Below, in pieces: positions 14,730 through 22,279 of a stretch of DNA of 37,821 bases (position 1 is its first letter; every line of letters begins with the position of its first letter). A program made the position numbers and the translations under genes. Origin of the DNA: Actinomycetota bacterium. GTDB lineage: Bacteria; Actinomycetota; Acidimicrobiia; Spongiisociales; UBA5794. A model generated the notes under the pieces. That model searched no databases and had not been told where the DNA came from. It was given only the letters and a program-made list of their open reading frames with translations. The stretch is taken from contig JAYEIP010000084.1 of NCBI GenBank assembly GCA_034660155.1, positions 1 through 37,821 on the forward strand. The letters run 5' to 3'.

Positions 14730-16022
14730 TCAGCCGAGGGCTCTGTGTAAGAACGCTGCCATTTGCTCTCGCGTTACAACGGAGTCGGGGCAATAAAGGT
14801 CGTTGGTTGGGGGGTTGCAGCCGCGGGTGATTCCTGCGGTGCCGAGTTTGTCGATTGCGTCTTCGAAGACGGAGCCGTCATCGTCGGTAAAGAGGTTGCC
14901 GTCGCCGGCGTCGGTGTATCCGAGGGCGCGTACCAGGAAGGCGGCCATCTGCGCTCTGGTTACGTTGTCGTTGGGGCAGAACAGGTCGTTGGTTGGCGGG
15001 TTGCAGCCGCGGGTAACTCCTGCGGTGCCGAGTTTGTCGATTGCGTCTTCGAAGACGGAGCCGTCATCGTCGGTAAAGAGGTTGCCGTCGCCGGCGTCGG
15101 TGTATCCGAGGGCGCGCACCAGGAACGCAGCCATCTGCGCCCTTGTGACCGGATCGCTTGGGCAATACTCAGTGTTGGCTGGAGGATTGCAGCCCTTGGT
15201 GATGCCGGATTCAGCTAGCCAGGTGATGTCGGGCTCGAACACTGACCCGTCGTCGTCGGTGAAATCGACGACACGTGCGATGGTGTTGGTGATGCAGGTA
15301 TCGCACGATGCCGTCGACGAGAACGCATCGAAGACCAGCACCATGTCGCCGGGTCCAAAATCGTAGGTGGTCGCGGCACCCGGCTTCTGACACAAGTCGG
15401 TGTTCGCAGGGTCGGCAGCAACTGAGAAATCGACAAACCAGCCACCGGAGGCATCGGGAAACCCTATCCGACCGCAGTAGTCGGTGAGGTCGCCGGTGCC
15501 TGCCTGGAAGACCTCTTCAGGAACCACCCAGACATCGGCGCGACCCCCCGTTGGAAGTGTCCCGGTCACCACCTCAGTCTGCGAGTTGACTGAAGCGGTT
15601 ACGGAGCTGACGGTGTACTGGAGCGTCTTTGCGTTTGATGTCACCAATACATGGTTGCCGGTCACCAGCGGCCCGGTGTCCACTGCCCAGCGGTCTTGTG
15701 TCGGCACAGTGGTTGTGGTGAAAAGCTGCTTCGACTTCGTCTGGTCGGTCCAGACCGTGAGGGTCGTGGTCTCACCGCTGTAGCCGTATACGACAACCCG
15801 GCAACCGCCAATGTCGAAGGGGGTGATGTGTTTGCACTCGAGTTGGCCCAGGTCGCCGGAGAAGACTCCGACCGTCTTTTGGTCGCCGACACCCTGCGGA
15901 GTGGCGTCTCGCGAAGCTGCAGATGCGGTCGGAGCGGCCAGTGCCGCCACCAGGGCGAGTACCAAGCCGAACCCTATTCCTAGCCTGTTCCTGGCTATCG
16001 CTCCTGCCGGCCGAACACCCAT
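14730..16022 (-). CDS. Secreted protein: beta-rich N-domain of unknown function plus C-terminal triplet of Cys-SLH-like modules
   Basis: ATG at 16022 with AAGGAGGG 5 nt upstream. Signal-like GIGFGLVLALVAALAAPTASAAS. Three modules span aa 254-430. Confidence 0.75.
   Translation of the reverse strand: MGVRPAGAIARNRLGIGFGLVLALVAALAAPTASAASRDATPQGVGDQKTVGVFSGDLGQLECKHITPFDIGGCRVVVYGYSGETTTLTVWTDQTKSKQLFTTTTVPTQDRWAVDTGPLVTGNHVLVTSNAKTLQYTVSSVTASVNSQTEVVTGTLPTGGRADVWVVPEEVFQAGTGDLTDYCGRIGFPDASGGWFVDFSVAADPANTDLCQKPGAATTYDFGPGDMVLVFDAFSSTASCDTCITNTIARVVDFTDDDGSVFEPDITWLAESGITKGCNPPANTEYCPSDPVTRAQMAAFLVRALGYTDAGDGNLFTDDDGSVFEDAIDKLGTAGVTRGCNPPTNDLFCPNDNVTRAQMAAFLVRALGYTDAGDGNLFTDDDGSVFEDAIDKLGTAGITRGCNPPTNDLYCPDSVVTREQMAAFLHRALG
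14733..15263 (-). repeat. Triplet of Cys-containing SLH-like modules (C-terminal); modules 2 and 3 are nearly identical at DNA level
   Basis: Three copies of FTDDDGSVFE.DI..L..(A/S)G(I/V)T(K/R)GCNPP.N..(Y/F)CP....VTR.QMAAFL.RALG. The DNA period is 186 bp, with a ~98-bp exact repeat at 14833-14930 and 15019-15116. Confidence 0.85.
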
Positions 16023-16181
16023 GTGCGCCCTCCTTCAAACCCGGTAAATGCGGAGGCAACGCTGAGCTTAGGGACCTGCGCCAACGCTGCAACGCAAGCC
16101 CCACTCTCCCGTCACCCCCCTACTCCGAGTCAGAATAGTGGTACGAGCCCGTAGGGCCCAGGCCGCTCGGTCAGTGGGCCG

Positions 16182-18368
16182 CTAATTGCGCCACAACGCA
16201 TGCTCGAGATTCATGTCCGGGATATGGGGCAGATGCTCCAGATTGCCGGCGCCGCCAATCTGATAGCAGGTATATGCGAACAGCCATGGGTCTTGGGCCG
16301 AACAGTCGATACGATCCGCTGCCGCGTTCTTCTTGAATTCGAGGTGGAAGCCGGGTTGCACATACTGTCGGCTGGCCAGCTCGTTGGCGGGGCTGAGTAG
16401 ACCATTTCCGTAGGCATCCGTGTAGTACTCACCGGTCGCCAGCGCGTGGTCGGCATCGAATTCGAAATCCGCTCGCCAGCTAGCCATTTGCAGCGTACGT
16501 CGAGTGGCATTCTCCCGATCTGGGTTCCGCACCACGACCGAGTTGCACGTCATGTTGGCGCAGTGTGACATCGGGTTGCGGATGTCGAATGCGTGATCGA
16601 ATTGGACCATCCCAAGGTTTAGCACCTGTGGGGTCTCCTCACGGCTATCCCAGGTCTCGTAGTTGTTCGAACCGGCACCGACGTTCAACCGGCGTCGTTG
16701 CTGGTCGTCCACCTGATTGACCAGGCCGGGCATGCTGTAGCCACAGTTCGTTGGATTGAGAACTCCGCTGCCGGCGTCACCCGTGGCGAACGCAGCGCCG
16801 TAATCGGCCTTGAAACCAACTCCGAACTCCTCTTTGCCGTCCAGGTCGTATACCGACACGTAGAGCGTATGGAGCTGGGAGCAAACCCGCCGGCCGGACG
16901 AGGTGCCGGAGTGGACGATGAAACGAACCCAGTGGTTACCGGTCATGTCTTTGAAGATGAATTCCTTGAAACCCATGTTCGGTTCGTTCTGAGGGACATT
17001 CGATGCGACGTACTCGTAGGGGATCAAGGGCGTTCCCGGTATCAACGCTGGATTCGACCCATGCTCGTGGCCGAAGTAGCACCAGTACACGGGGTCGATT
17101 TGTGGATGCCATGTGTTGTAGGTGCCACCGTCAGGCCCAACCGTGGTGTGCAAATCGTGCACCCAAGCGGGGCAGGGTGTGTTGGCGGCCGCCGGGCTAA
17201 ATCCGTCGGGAGCAGGAGGTGCTGTGGTCGGGTTGCCGGAGGACTCGGCGAGCAGGATGAGGTACATCTCACGCCACTCGGTCGTGTACTCGACAGTCCC
17301 GAGCTGCACTGGACCAGCGGGGAGGTTCTTCTCATAGACGGGGTGCAGATCCCCATCGATCGCAACGGATCCGCCTTCCTCCCAGTCGGACAGCCAGCTG
17401 GGGAGTGGGAAATCGTCACGCCAAACGATGGCCACCCGGGCTGATCGGTTGAGCGTGAAGTTCATCCAATCGTTACGGGCTCCAGTGTTCTTGAACTCCC
17501 AGCGGGTCGAAGGCGACAGCACATCCCACCCGCCATACCGTCCCGGGCTGTCTACCGTCTGCGTACGGTCCGGATCGGGCTCGATATCGAGTCCCTTGAT
17601 CAAGCCGCGCGGCCAGTACTGCATGTCGTCGGTGTAGACGCCGTCAACCCCGTCTTGTTTGCGGATGACGTGGTACCGAGCGACGAGTGCCATATCTGCG
17701 TCGTCTACAGCAAATCCCGCTGGAGGTGCGACCGGCAGGTCCAGCGCTCTGGTCAAGAATGTTGCCATTTCGGCGCGGGTCAGGGTGTTATCCGGACAGA
17801 ATCTCGTGTTGGCTGGGGGATTGCAGCCTTTGGTGATCCCGGCTGTGGCTAGCTTCTCGATGTCACTCTCGAAGATTGAGTCGTTGTCGTCCGTGAAGTC
17901 GATCCCGGAGTCGCTGGCAGTCAGGCCGAGGGCGCGAACCAGGAACGCGGCCATCTGCCCACGGCTTACGGTGCTGTTGGGGCAGAATTGTGTGTTGGCC
18001 GGGGGATTGCAGCCTTTGGTGATCCCGGCCGTGGCCAGTTTCTCGATATCAGCTTCGAATATCGATGAGTTGTCGTCGGTGAAGTCGACTGAGCCCGCGG
18101 CCGACAGGCCAAGACCTCGAACGAGGAATGCTGCCATTTCTCCTCTAGTGACGTTGCGGTCGGGGCAGAAGTCGGTGGCGAACGGCGGGTTGCATCCCGA
18201 GGTGATGCCCGCATTGGAGACAGCCTCAATAGCCTGTTCGTGAAGATTGCCGTTGTCGTCGTTGAAGCCCTGCCCTGCAATGGCTGTCTGCGGGATGACC
18301 ATGATCGTGACGAGCACCATGAGTGCCATCGCTGCGCGAGTTAGGCGTGGAACGCGCTGCAATTTCAT
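16182..18368 (-). CDS. Secreted protein: N-terminal triplet of Cys-SLH-like modules plus ~510-aa Cys/His-rich domain of unknown function
   Basis: ATG at 18368 (SD-like GAGG 9 nt upstream; the ORF-track GTG at 18386 is the alternative). Signal MKLQRVPRLTRAAMALMVLVTIMVIPQTAIA. Three modules, then an unassignable C-terminal region. Confidence 0.75.
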   Translation of the reverse strand: MKLQRVPRLTRAAMALMVLVTIMVIPQTAIAGQGFNDDNGNLHEQAIEAVSNAGITSGCNPPFATDFCPDRNVTRGEMAAFLVRGLGLSAAGSVDFTDDNSSIFEADIEKLATAGITKGCNPPANTQFCPNSTVSRGQMAAFLVRALGLTASDSGIDFTDDNDSIFESDIEKLATAGITKGCNPPANTRFCPDNTLTRAEMATFLTRALDLPVAPPAGFAVDDADMALVARYHVIRKQDGVDGVYTDDMQYWPRGLIKGLDIEPDPDRTQTVDSPGRYGGWDVLSPSTRWEFKNTGARNDWMNFTLNRSARVAIVWRDDFPLPSWLSDWEEGGSVAIDGDLHPVYEKNLPAGPVQLGTVEYTTEWREMYLILLAESSGNPTTAPPAPDGFSPAAANTPCPAWVHDLHTTVGPDGGTYNTWHPQIDPVYWCYFGHEHGSNPALIPGTPLIPYEYVASNVPQNEPNMGFKEFIFKDMTGNHWVRFIVHSGTSSGRRVCSQLHTLYVSVYDLDGKEEFGVGFKADYGAAFATGDAGSGVLNPTNCGYSMPGLVNQVDDQQRRRLNVGAGSNNYETWDSREETPQVLNLGMVQFDHAFDIRNPMSHCANMTCNSVVVRNPDRENATRRTLQMASWRADFEFDADHALATGEYYTDAYGNGLLSPANELASRQYVQPGFHLEFKKNAAADRIDCSAQDPWLFAYTCYQIGGAGNLEHLPHIPDMNLEHALWRN
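17739..18266 (-). repeat. Triplet of Cys-containing SLH-like modules (N-terminal)
   Basis: FNDDNGNLHEQAIEAVSNAGITSGCNPPFATDFCPDRNVTRGEMAAFLVRGL / FTDDNSSIFEADIEKLATAGITKGCNPPANTQFCPNSTVSRGQMAAFLVRAL / FTDDNDSIFESDIEKLATAGITKGCNPPANTRFCPDNTLTRAEMATFLTRAL. Confidence 0.8.
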
Positions 18369-18548
18369 TCGAGTGATCCTCTTCACCGCCGCTACATACT
18401 GTGTTCGCTAGCCACGCAGCGTAGCGATCCGCTCCGAAACCACAACAGGTTCCTGAGATCTAGTGTAAGCAACTCCCCGTTCCTACCCGCAAACTTTTGT
18501 CAATCCCCGGTGGTCCCAACGCGTATTGGCTGCCCCTATTGTCACCTT

Positions 18549-19901
18549 ATGAGCACCACTTTCCCCGACGGCTTCAGTTGGGGCGTCGCAACATCCGCAT
18601 ATCAAATAGAAGGTGGTCGCTTCCAGCAGGGGAAGGGCGAATCCATCTGGGATCGATTTGCCGACACCGGCCGGATGACTGACAGCGGAGACGTTGCGTG
18701 TGATCATTTCCATCGCTGGCGCGGCGACATAGCCTTGATGGCGGAACTCGGGGTTACCTCCTATCGCTTCTCTACATCGTGGACTCGAATAGTCCCCGAT
18801 GGCGTCGGCAAGGTGAACCAGGCTGGCCTCGACTTCTACAGCCAATTGGTGGACGAGATGCTCGCCAAAGGCATCACGCCATGGCTCACGCTCTACCACT
18901 GGGACCTCCCCCAGGATCTGCAAGATAGTGGGGGCTGGCTTAACCGGGACACCGTGGATGCGTTCGCGAGGTATGCCGATGTTGTCAGCGAGGCGCTGGG
19001 GGACAGGGTCAAGAACTGGATAACGCAGAACGAACCCTGGGTGTCCGCTCACCTCGGTCACGGAATCGGTATGTTCGCTCCGGGGATTGCCGACTTCGCT
19101 TCGGCGCTCCTGGCCGGGCACCATCTGCTGTTGTCGCACGGTCGGGCGGTGCCGTACATCAGGGCCAACTCGGCTGACGCCCGAGTAGGGATCGCCTTGG
19201 ATTGTCGGCCGTCACGCCCGGGGTCGGCTGATCAGGCCGACATAGTGGCCAATCGGATCCACGACGGGTTTCGCAATCGCTGGTTCCTTGACCCCGTGTT
19301 CGGCCGGGGGTATCCCAACGACACGATCAAGGTGGTCGAGGACCGTGCCATCTTCGACGGTCCGGCGCTGCCGTATGTTCGGTCGGGCGACATCGAAGAA
19401 ATCGCGGCGCCGATCGACTTCCTCGGTCTGAATTACTACAGCAGTGTTGCGATCTATGCCGGGGATGAAGATGGCGACGATGCGGTTCTGCCCATGGGTC
19501 CGGATCAACCCGAGGGGTACACCGAGATGGGATGGGAGATCACCCCCGAAGCTCTAACCAGGTATCTGGAATACCTCAACACGGAATACTCGCCTAATGA
19601 GATAGTGATCACAGAGAATGGCGCCAGCTATTCCGACGGTGTGGACGCAGACGGATCCGTCCACGATCAACGGCGTATCGATTACCTGGCGAGCCATATA
19701 CGGGCCACTGCCGACGCGTTGGATTCGGGCGTTCCGGTTCGCGGCTACTTCGTGTGGAGTCTGCTCGACAACTTGGAATGGGTCGCAGGATTCAGCCAAC
19801 GATTCGGGATCGTCTGGGTCGATCACGCAACCGGAGAGCGAATCCCCAAAGACAGCTACCGCTGGTTCCAAAGAGTCATCGCAGATGGGCTACCGAAGTA
19901 G
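18549..19901 (+). CDS. GH1 family beta-glucosidase
   Basis: FPDGFSWGVATSAYQIEGG, acid/base TQNEPW, nucleophile ITENGA, and WSLLDNLEW near the C-terminus. ATG at 18549 has no obvious SD. TATTGT lies 6 nt upstream, so the mRNA may be leaderless. Confidence 0.9.
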   Translation: MSTTFPDGFSWGVATSAYQIEGGRFQQGKGESIWDRFADTGRMTDSGDVACDHFHRWRGDIALMAELGVTSYRFSTSWTRIVPDGVGKVNQAGLDFYSQLVDEMLAKGITPWLTLYHWDLPQDLQDSGGWLNRDTVDAFARYADVVSEALGDRVKNWITQNEPWVSAHLGHGIGMFAPGIADFASALLAGHHLLLSHGRAVPYIRANSADARVGIALDCRPSRPGSADQADIVANRIHDGFRNRWFLDPVFGRGYPNDTIKVVEDRAIFDGPALPYVRSGDIEEIAAPIDFLGLNYYSSVAIYAGDEDGDDAVLPMGPDQPEGYTEMGWEITPEALTRYLEYLNTEYSPNEIVITENGASYSDGVDADGSVHDQRRIDYLASHIRATADALDSGVPVRGYFVWSLLDNLEWVAGFSQRFGIVWVDHATGERIPKDSYRWFQRVIADGLPK

Positions 19902-19915
19902 GTCGCCATTGGGTG

Positions 19916-20015
19916 TTCGGACACTTGCGGTGCCCCCGGAGTTCGCCTTGCGAACTCCCAAGGAACCCAACGGGGGAATGATGCGAGGGGGGACTGATGC
20001 AGCCGTGGGTTCCTT
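19916..20015 (+). repeat. Mosaic intergenic repeat, copy C (M1-M2-partial M3), forming nested hairpins between convergent genes
   Basis: M1-like ttcggacacttgcggtg (19916-19932). M2 has a perfect 9-bp hairpin ggagttcgc/ctt/gcgaactcc (19938-19958). Partial M3 gaggggggactgatgc (19985-20000). An outer 10-bp stem pairs aaggaaccca (19960-19969) with tgggttcctt (20006-20015). Confidence 0.7.
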
Positions 20016-21206
20016 TCAACCTGCGGAAGCTGAGGTGGCCAATTCTGCCCGGGCTCGTAGCATCATGCGGTCCCACGTCGCGAACGCGGTGGTGGCGGCA
20101 ATGATCGTGATTGCCGAGAACGTGAACATTGCCGAATAGCCAAGGCTGCCGATGATCACGCCCAAGATCGGCCCACCCACGAGCACCCCGAAGTCGAATA
20201 GCGCGGTGAAGAACGATATCGCCGAGCCGCGGTCCTCGTCGGGCGCCCGGCTTACGACCATGCCAGAGAGGATGGGGAACCCGAAACCGTGGCCGATGCC
20301 ACACAGCACACCGGCGATAGCGATGTGCCAATTCCCGCTTGCAACGGCGAGGACGAGGAACCCACCAGCCAGGCTCCCCATCGACGGGTAGAGCACACGT
20401 TTTTGACCCACCCGATCCGGGAGCCAGCCCAGCCCGATTCGCAGCAGGATCGCCGCCATGCCGTAGGTGGCAAAGAAAAGGCCCACCGAACCAATCCCCG
20501 TTTCGTCGACAAAGGTCCTCAGGAACGTGAAGTAGGCAGTGAGTACAAAGGCGAGGCCGCCGGCCATCAGCCAGACCGGTCGCAGACCCTGTAGCTTCAC
20601 GACGGAGAAGAATCCGCGGCGCTCCGTGCCCTCCCGTTGCATCGGCTGACGCTCCCGCAGCCCGAGCGAGACCACGAGCGCCAGTGCGGCGAAGGCAGCG
20701 GCGGTGATGAAGAGCTCACGGAATCCAGCGACGTTGAGGACGATGTCGCCGATCACGCCGGCCGCCGCGATTGGCAGCAGCCCCGAGACGCCAAAAAGAG
20801 CGAACCCCTCGGTGCGTCGCGACTGTGGAACCACATCGGCTCCGTAAGTGAAGAAGGCGCTGAACAGGGTGGCCAGCCCGATACCGTGGATGATGCGTAC
20901 GAAGTAGACCCAGGGACCGATCGTCGAGACCGTCAGGTACAGCAGGATTGAACCCACGTTGATTGCGTTGCCGATGTAGATCACGGGCATGCGGCCGAAT
21001 CGGTCCAGCGTCTGGCCTACCAGCGGTCTGACGGCCACAGCGGCAAGCGCCGCGATACCGAAGATGAGCCCTATCTGGGCTTCCGATGCTCCCAGATCTT
21101 CGAGGAAGCCGGGCAGGTGGATGAACAACGACCAAGACAGGCCCTCGAAGAAGCTAGCCAGCCACGCGAGAGCAAAGTCGCGGGTAATGAGGGGTTCTCG
21201 AGTCAC
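20016..21206 (-). CDS. MFS transporter
   Basis: 396 aa, multi-TM throughout. MFS motif A-like GQTLDRFGRMP lies between the predicted TM2 and TM3. GTG start. Confidence 0.8.
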   Translation of the reverse strand: MTREPLITRDFALAWLASFFEGLSWSLFIHLPGFLEDLGASEAQIGLIFGIAALAAVAVRPLVGQTLDRFGRMPVIYIGNAINVGSILLYLTVSTIGPWVYFVRIIHGIGLATLFSAFFTYGADVVPQSRRTEGFALFGVSGLLPIAAAGVIGDIVLNVAGFRELFITAAAFAALALVVSLGLRERQPMQREGTERRGFFSVVKLQGLRPVWLMAGGLAFVLTAYFTFLRTFVDETGIGSVGLFFATYGMAAILLRIGLGWLPDRVGQKRVLYPSMGSLAGGFLVLAVASGNWHIAIAGVLCGIGHGFGFPILSGMVVSRAPDEDRGSAISFFTALFDFGVLVGGPILGVIIGSLGYSAMFTFSAITIIAATTAFATWDRMMLRARAELATSASAG

Positions 21207-21294
21207 GGCGTGAGTCTACGCACAACAACGCCGCTGCCATCCAGTACCTAGCGGATGCGCGGATTGGCGAAGCCGCTACTCCTACCCGCTGCCC

Positions 21295-22002
21295 CTAATA
21301 CTTCTCCGCCCGGTTGCGGAGTAGCGCAACGATCGCCTCGGCAAGAGCGTCGAACGGGACCTCGTCGGTGTTCCAAACCGCGTCGTATAACAGGGGGTCA
21401 TCGATATCAACGCGAAAGTGTCGCTTCAGAAGACGGGCGCGGCCTCGATCATTCCTGTCGAGCAATTCCTTTGCTTTCTTCTCATTGGAACCGTGCAATT
21501 CCATCAGGCGCTTGATGCGAACTGGTTCAGGGGCGATGAGGCGTACCGACACTGCCGGCCCGAGTCCGCGTGTCACCTCGGAACCACCGCGGCCGACAAT
21601 CACAGCGTGTCCCACTTCTGCCAGCAGCCTGACTAAACGGAACATCCGATCCATCACTATGTCCTGGTGTGTGGTTGAGCTCAGGATTTGCCGGAAGAAG
21701 TCATCGGCGCCGCTGTGGTACTGCTCGCCGAGCAGAGATTCCATGGACACGGTGAGGTCGGGATCGTCGGCGACCATAGCCACCAGCTTCTGATCGAACA
21801 TGTCCCAATTGCCGAAGACTTCCTTGTCTTCTTGCTGGTCGAAAATCTCGATCAGTTTGTTGGCCAACGAGTGGCCGCCGGCACCCGTTTGTCGCGAGAT
21901 GGTGACGAATGGCCGAATCCTGGCAAGCCTGGGTGATCCCTCTCCTTGAGGTCCATACAGATGCCCGTGGAGGAACCTTTCTATCGGATTGGCGGGACTC
22001 AT
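21295..22002 (-). CDS. Cytidylate-kinase-like family protein
   Basis: VTISRQTGAGGHSLANKL P-loop-like start and the size (235 aa) are typical of the Cytidylate_kin2 family. AGGAGG lies 9 nt upstream of the ATG. Confidence 0.6.
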   Translation of the reverse strand: MSPANPIERFLHGHLYGPQGEGSPRLARIRPFVTISRQTGAGGHSLANKLIEIFDQQEDKEVFGNWDMFDQKLVAMVADDPDLTVSMESLLGEQYHSGADDFFRQILSSTTHQDIVMDRMFRLVRLLAEVGHAVIVGRGGSEVTRGLGPAVSVRLIAPEPVRIKRLMELHGSNEKKAKELLDRNDRGRARLLKRHFRVDIDDPLLYDAVWNTDEVPFDALAEAIVALLRNRAEKY

Positions 22003-22279
22003 GACAGATCGCCTCCTGGATGGTTAAACGGTCCGGTCGTTGACCTATCTCGATTGTATGTGCTCTTAGGCTTTGCTCCTAGGGCGATTTGGCCCATCTT
22101 CAACCCGGAAAAATGGGACCGAGCAGGGATGCCGGCATCGCATCGACGAGGGGCGAAGTTTGCAGGCCAGCCGGATTCCCGGCTGGTGAAACCGTCTAGG
22201 GTCGTGCCTTCGCAGCACGGCCGACCTTTGGGTACGCTCATCCAAAATCGGTCAGCCACCGACCGGTATGTGAGGAAAA

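Noticed and set aside
18483-19139. 218-aa minus-strand ORF overlapping the GH1 gene start
   Set aside because: It is antisense to a GH1 gene with all catalytic motifs. There is no independent support.
5714-19901. Genomic island integrated at the 3' end of ssrA
   Set aside because: I recognised no integrase, recombinase or transposase ORF, and no second copy of the ssrA 3' end (…ggttcgattccccccacctccacca) by eye in the window. Composition does not visibly change. The accessory flavour of the block remains, but integration at ssrA is unsupported.
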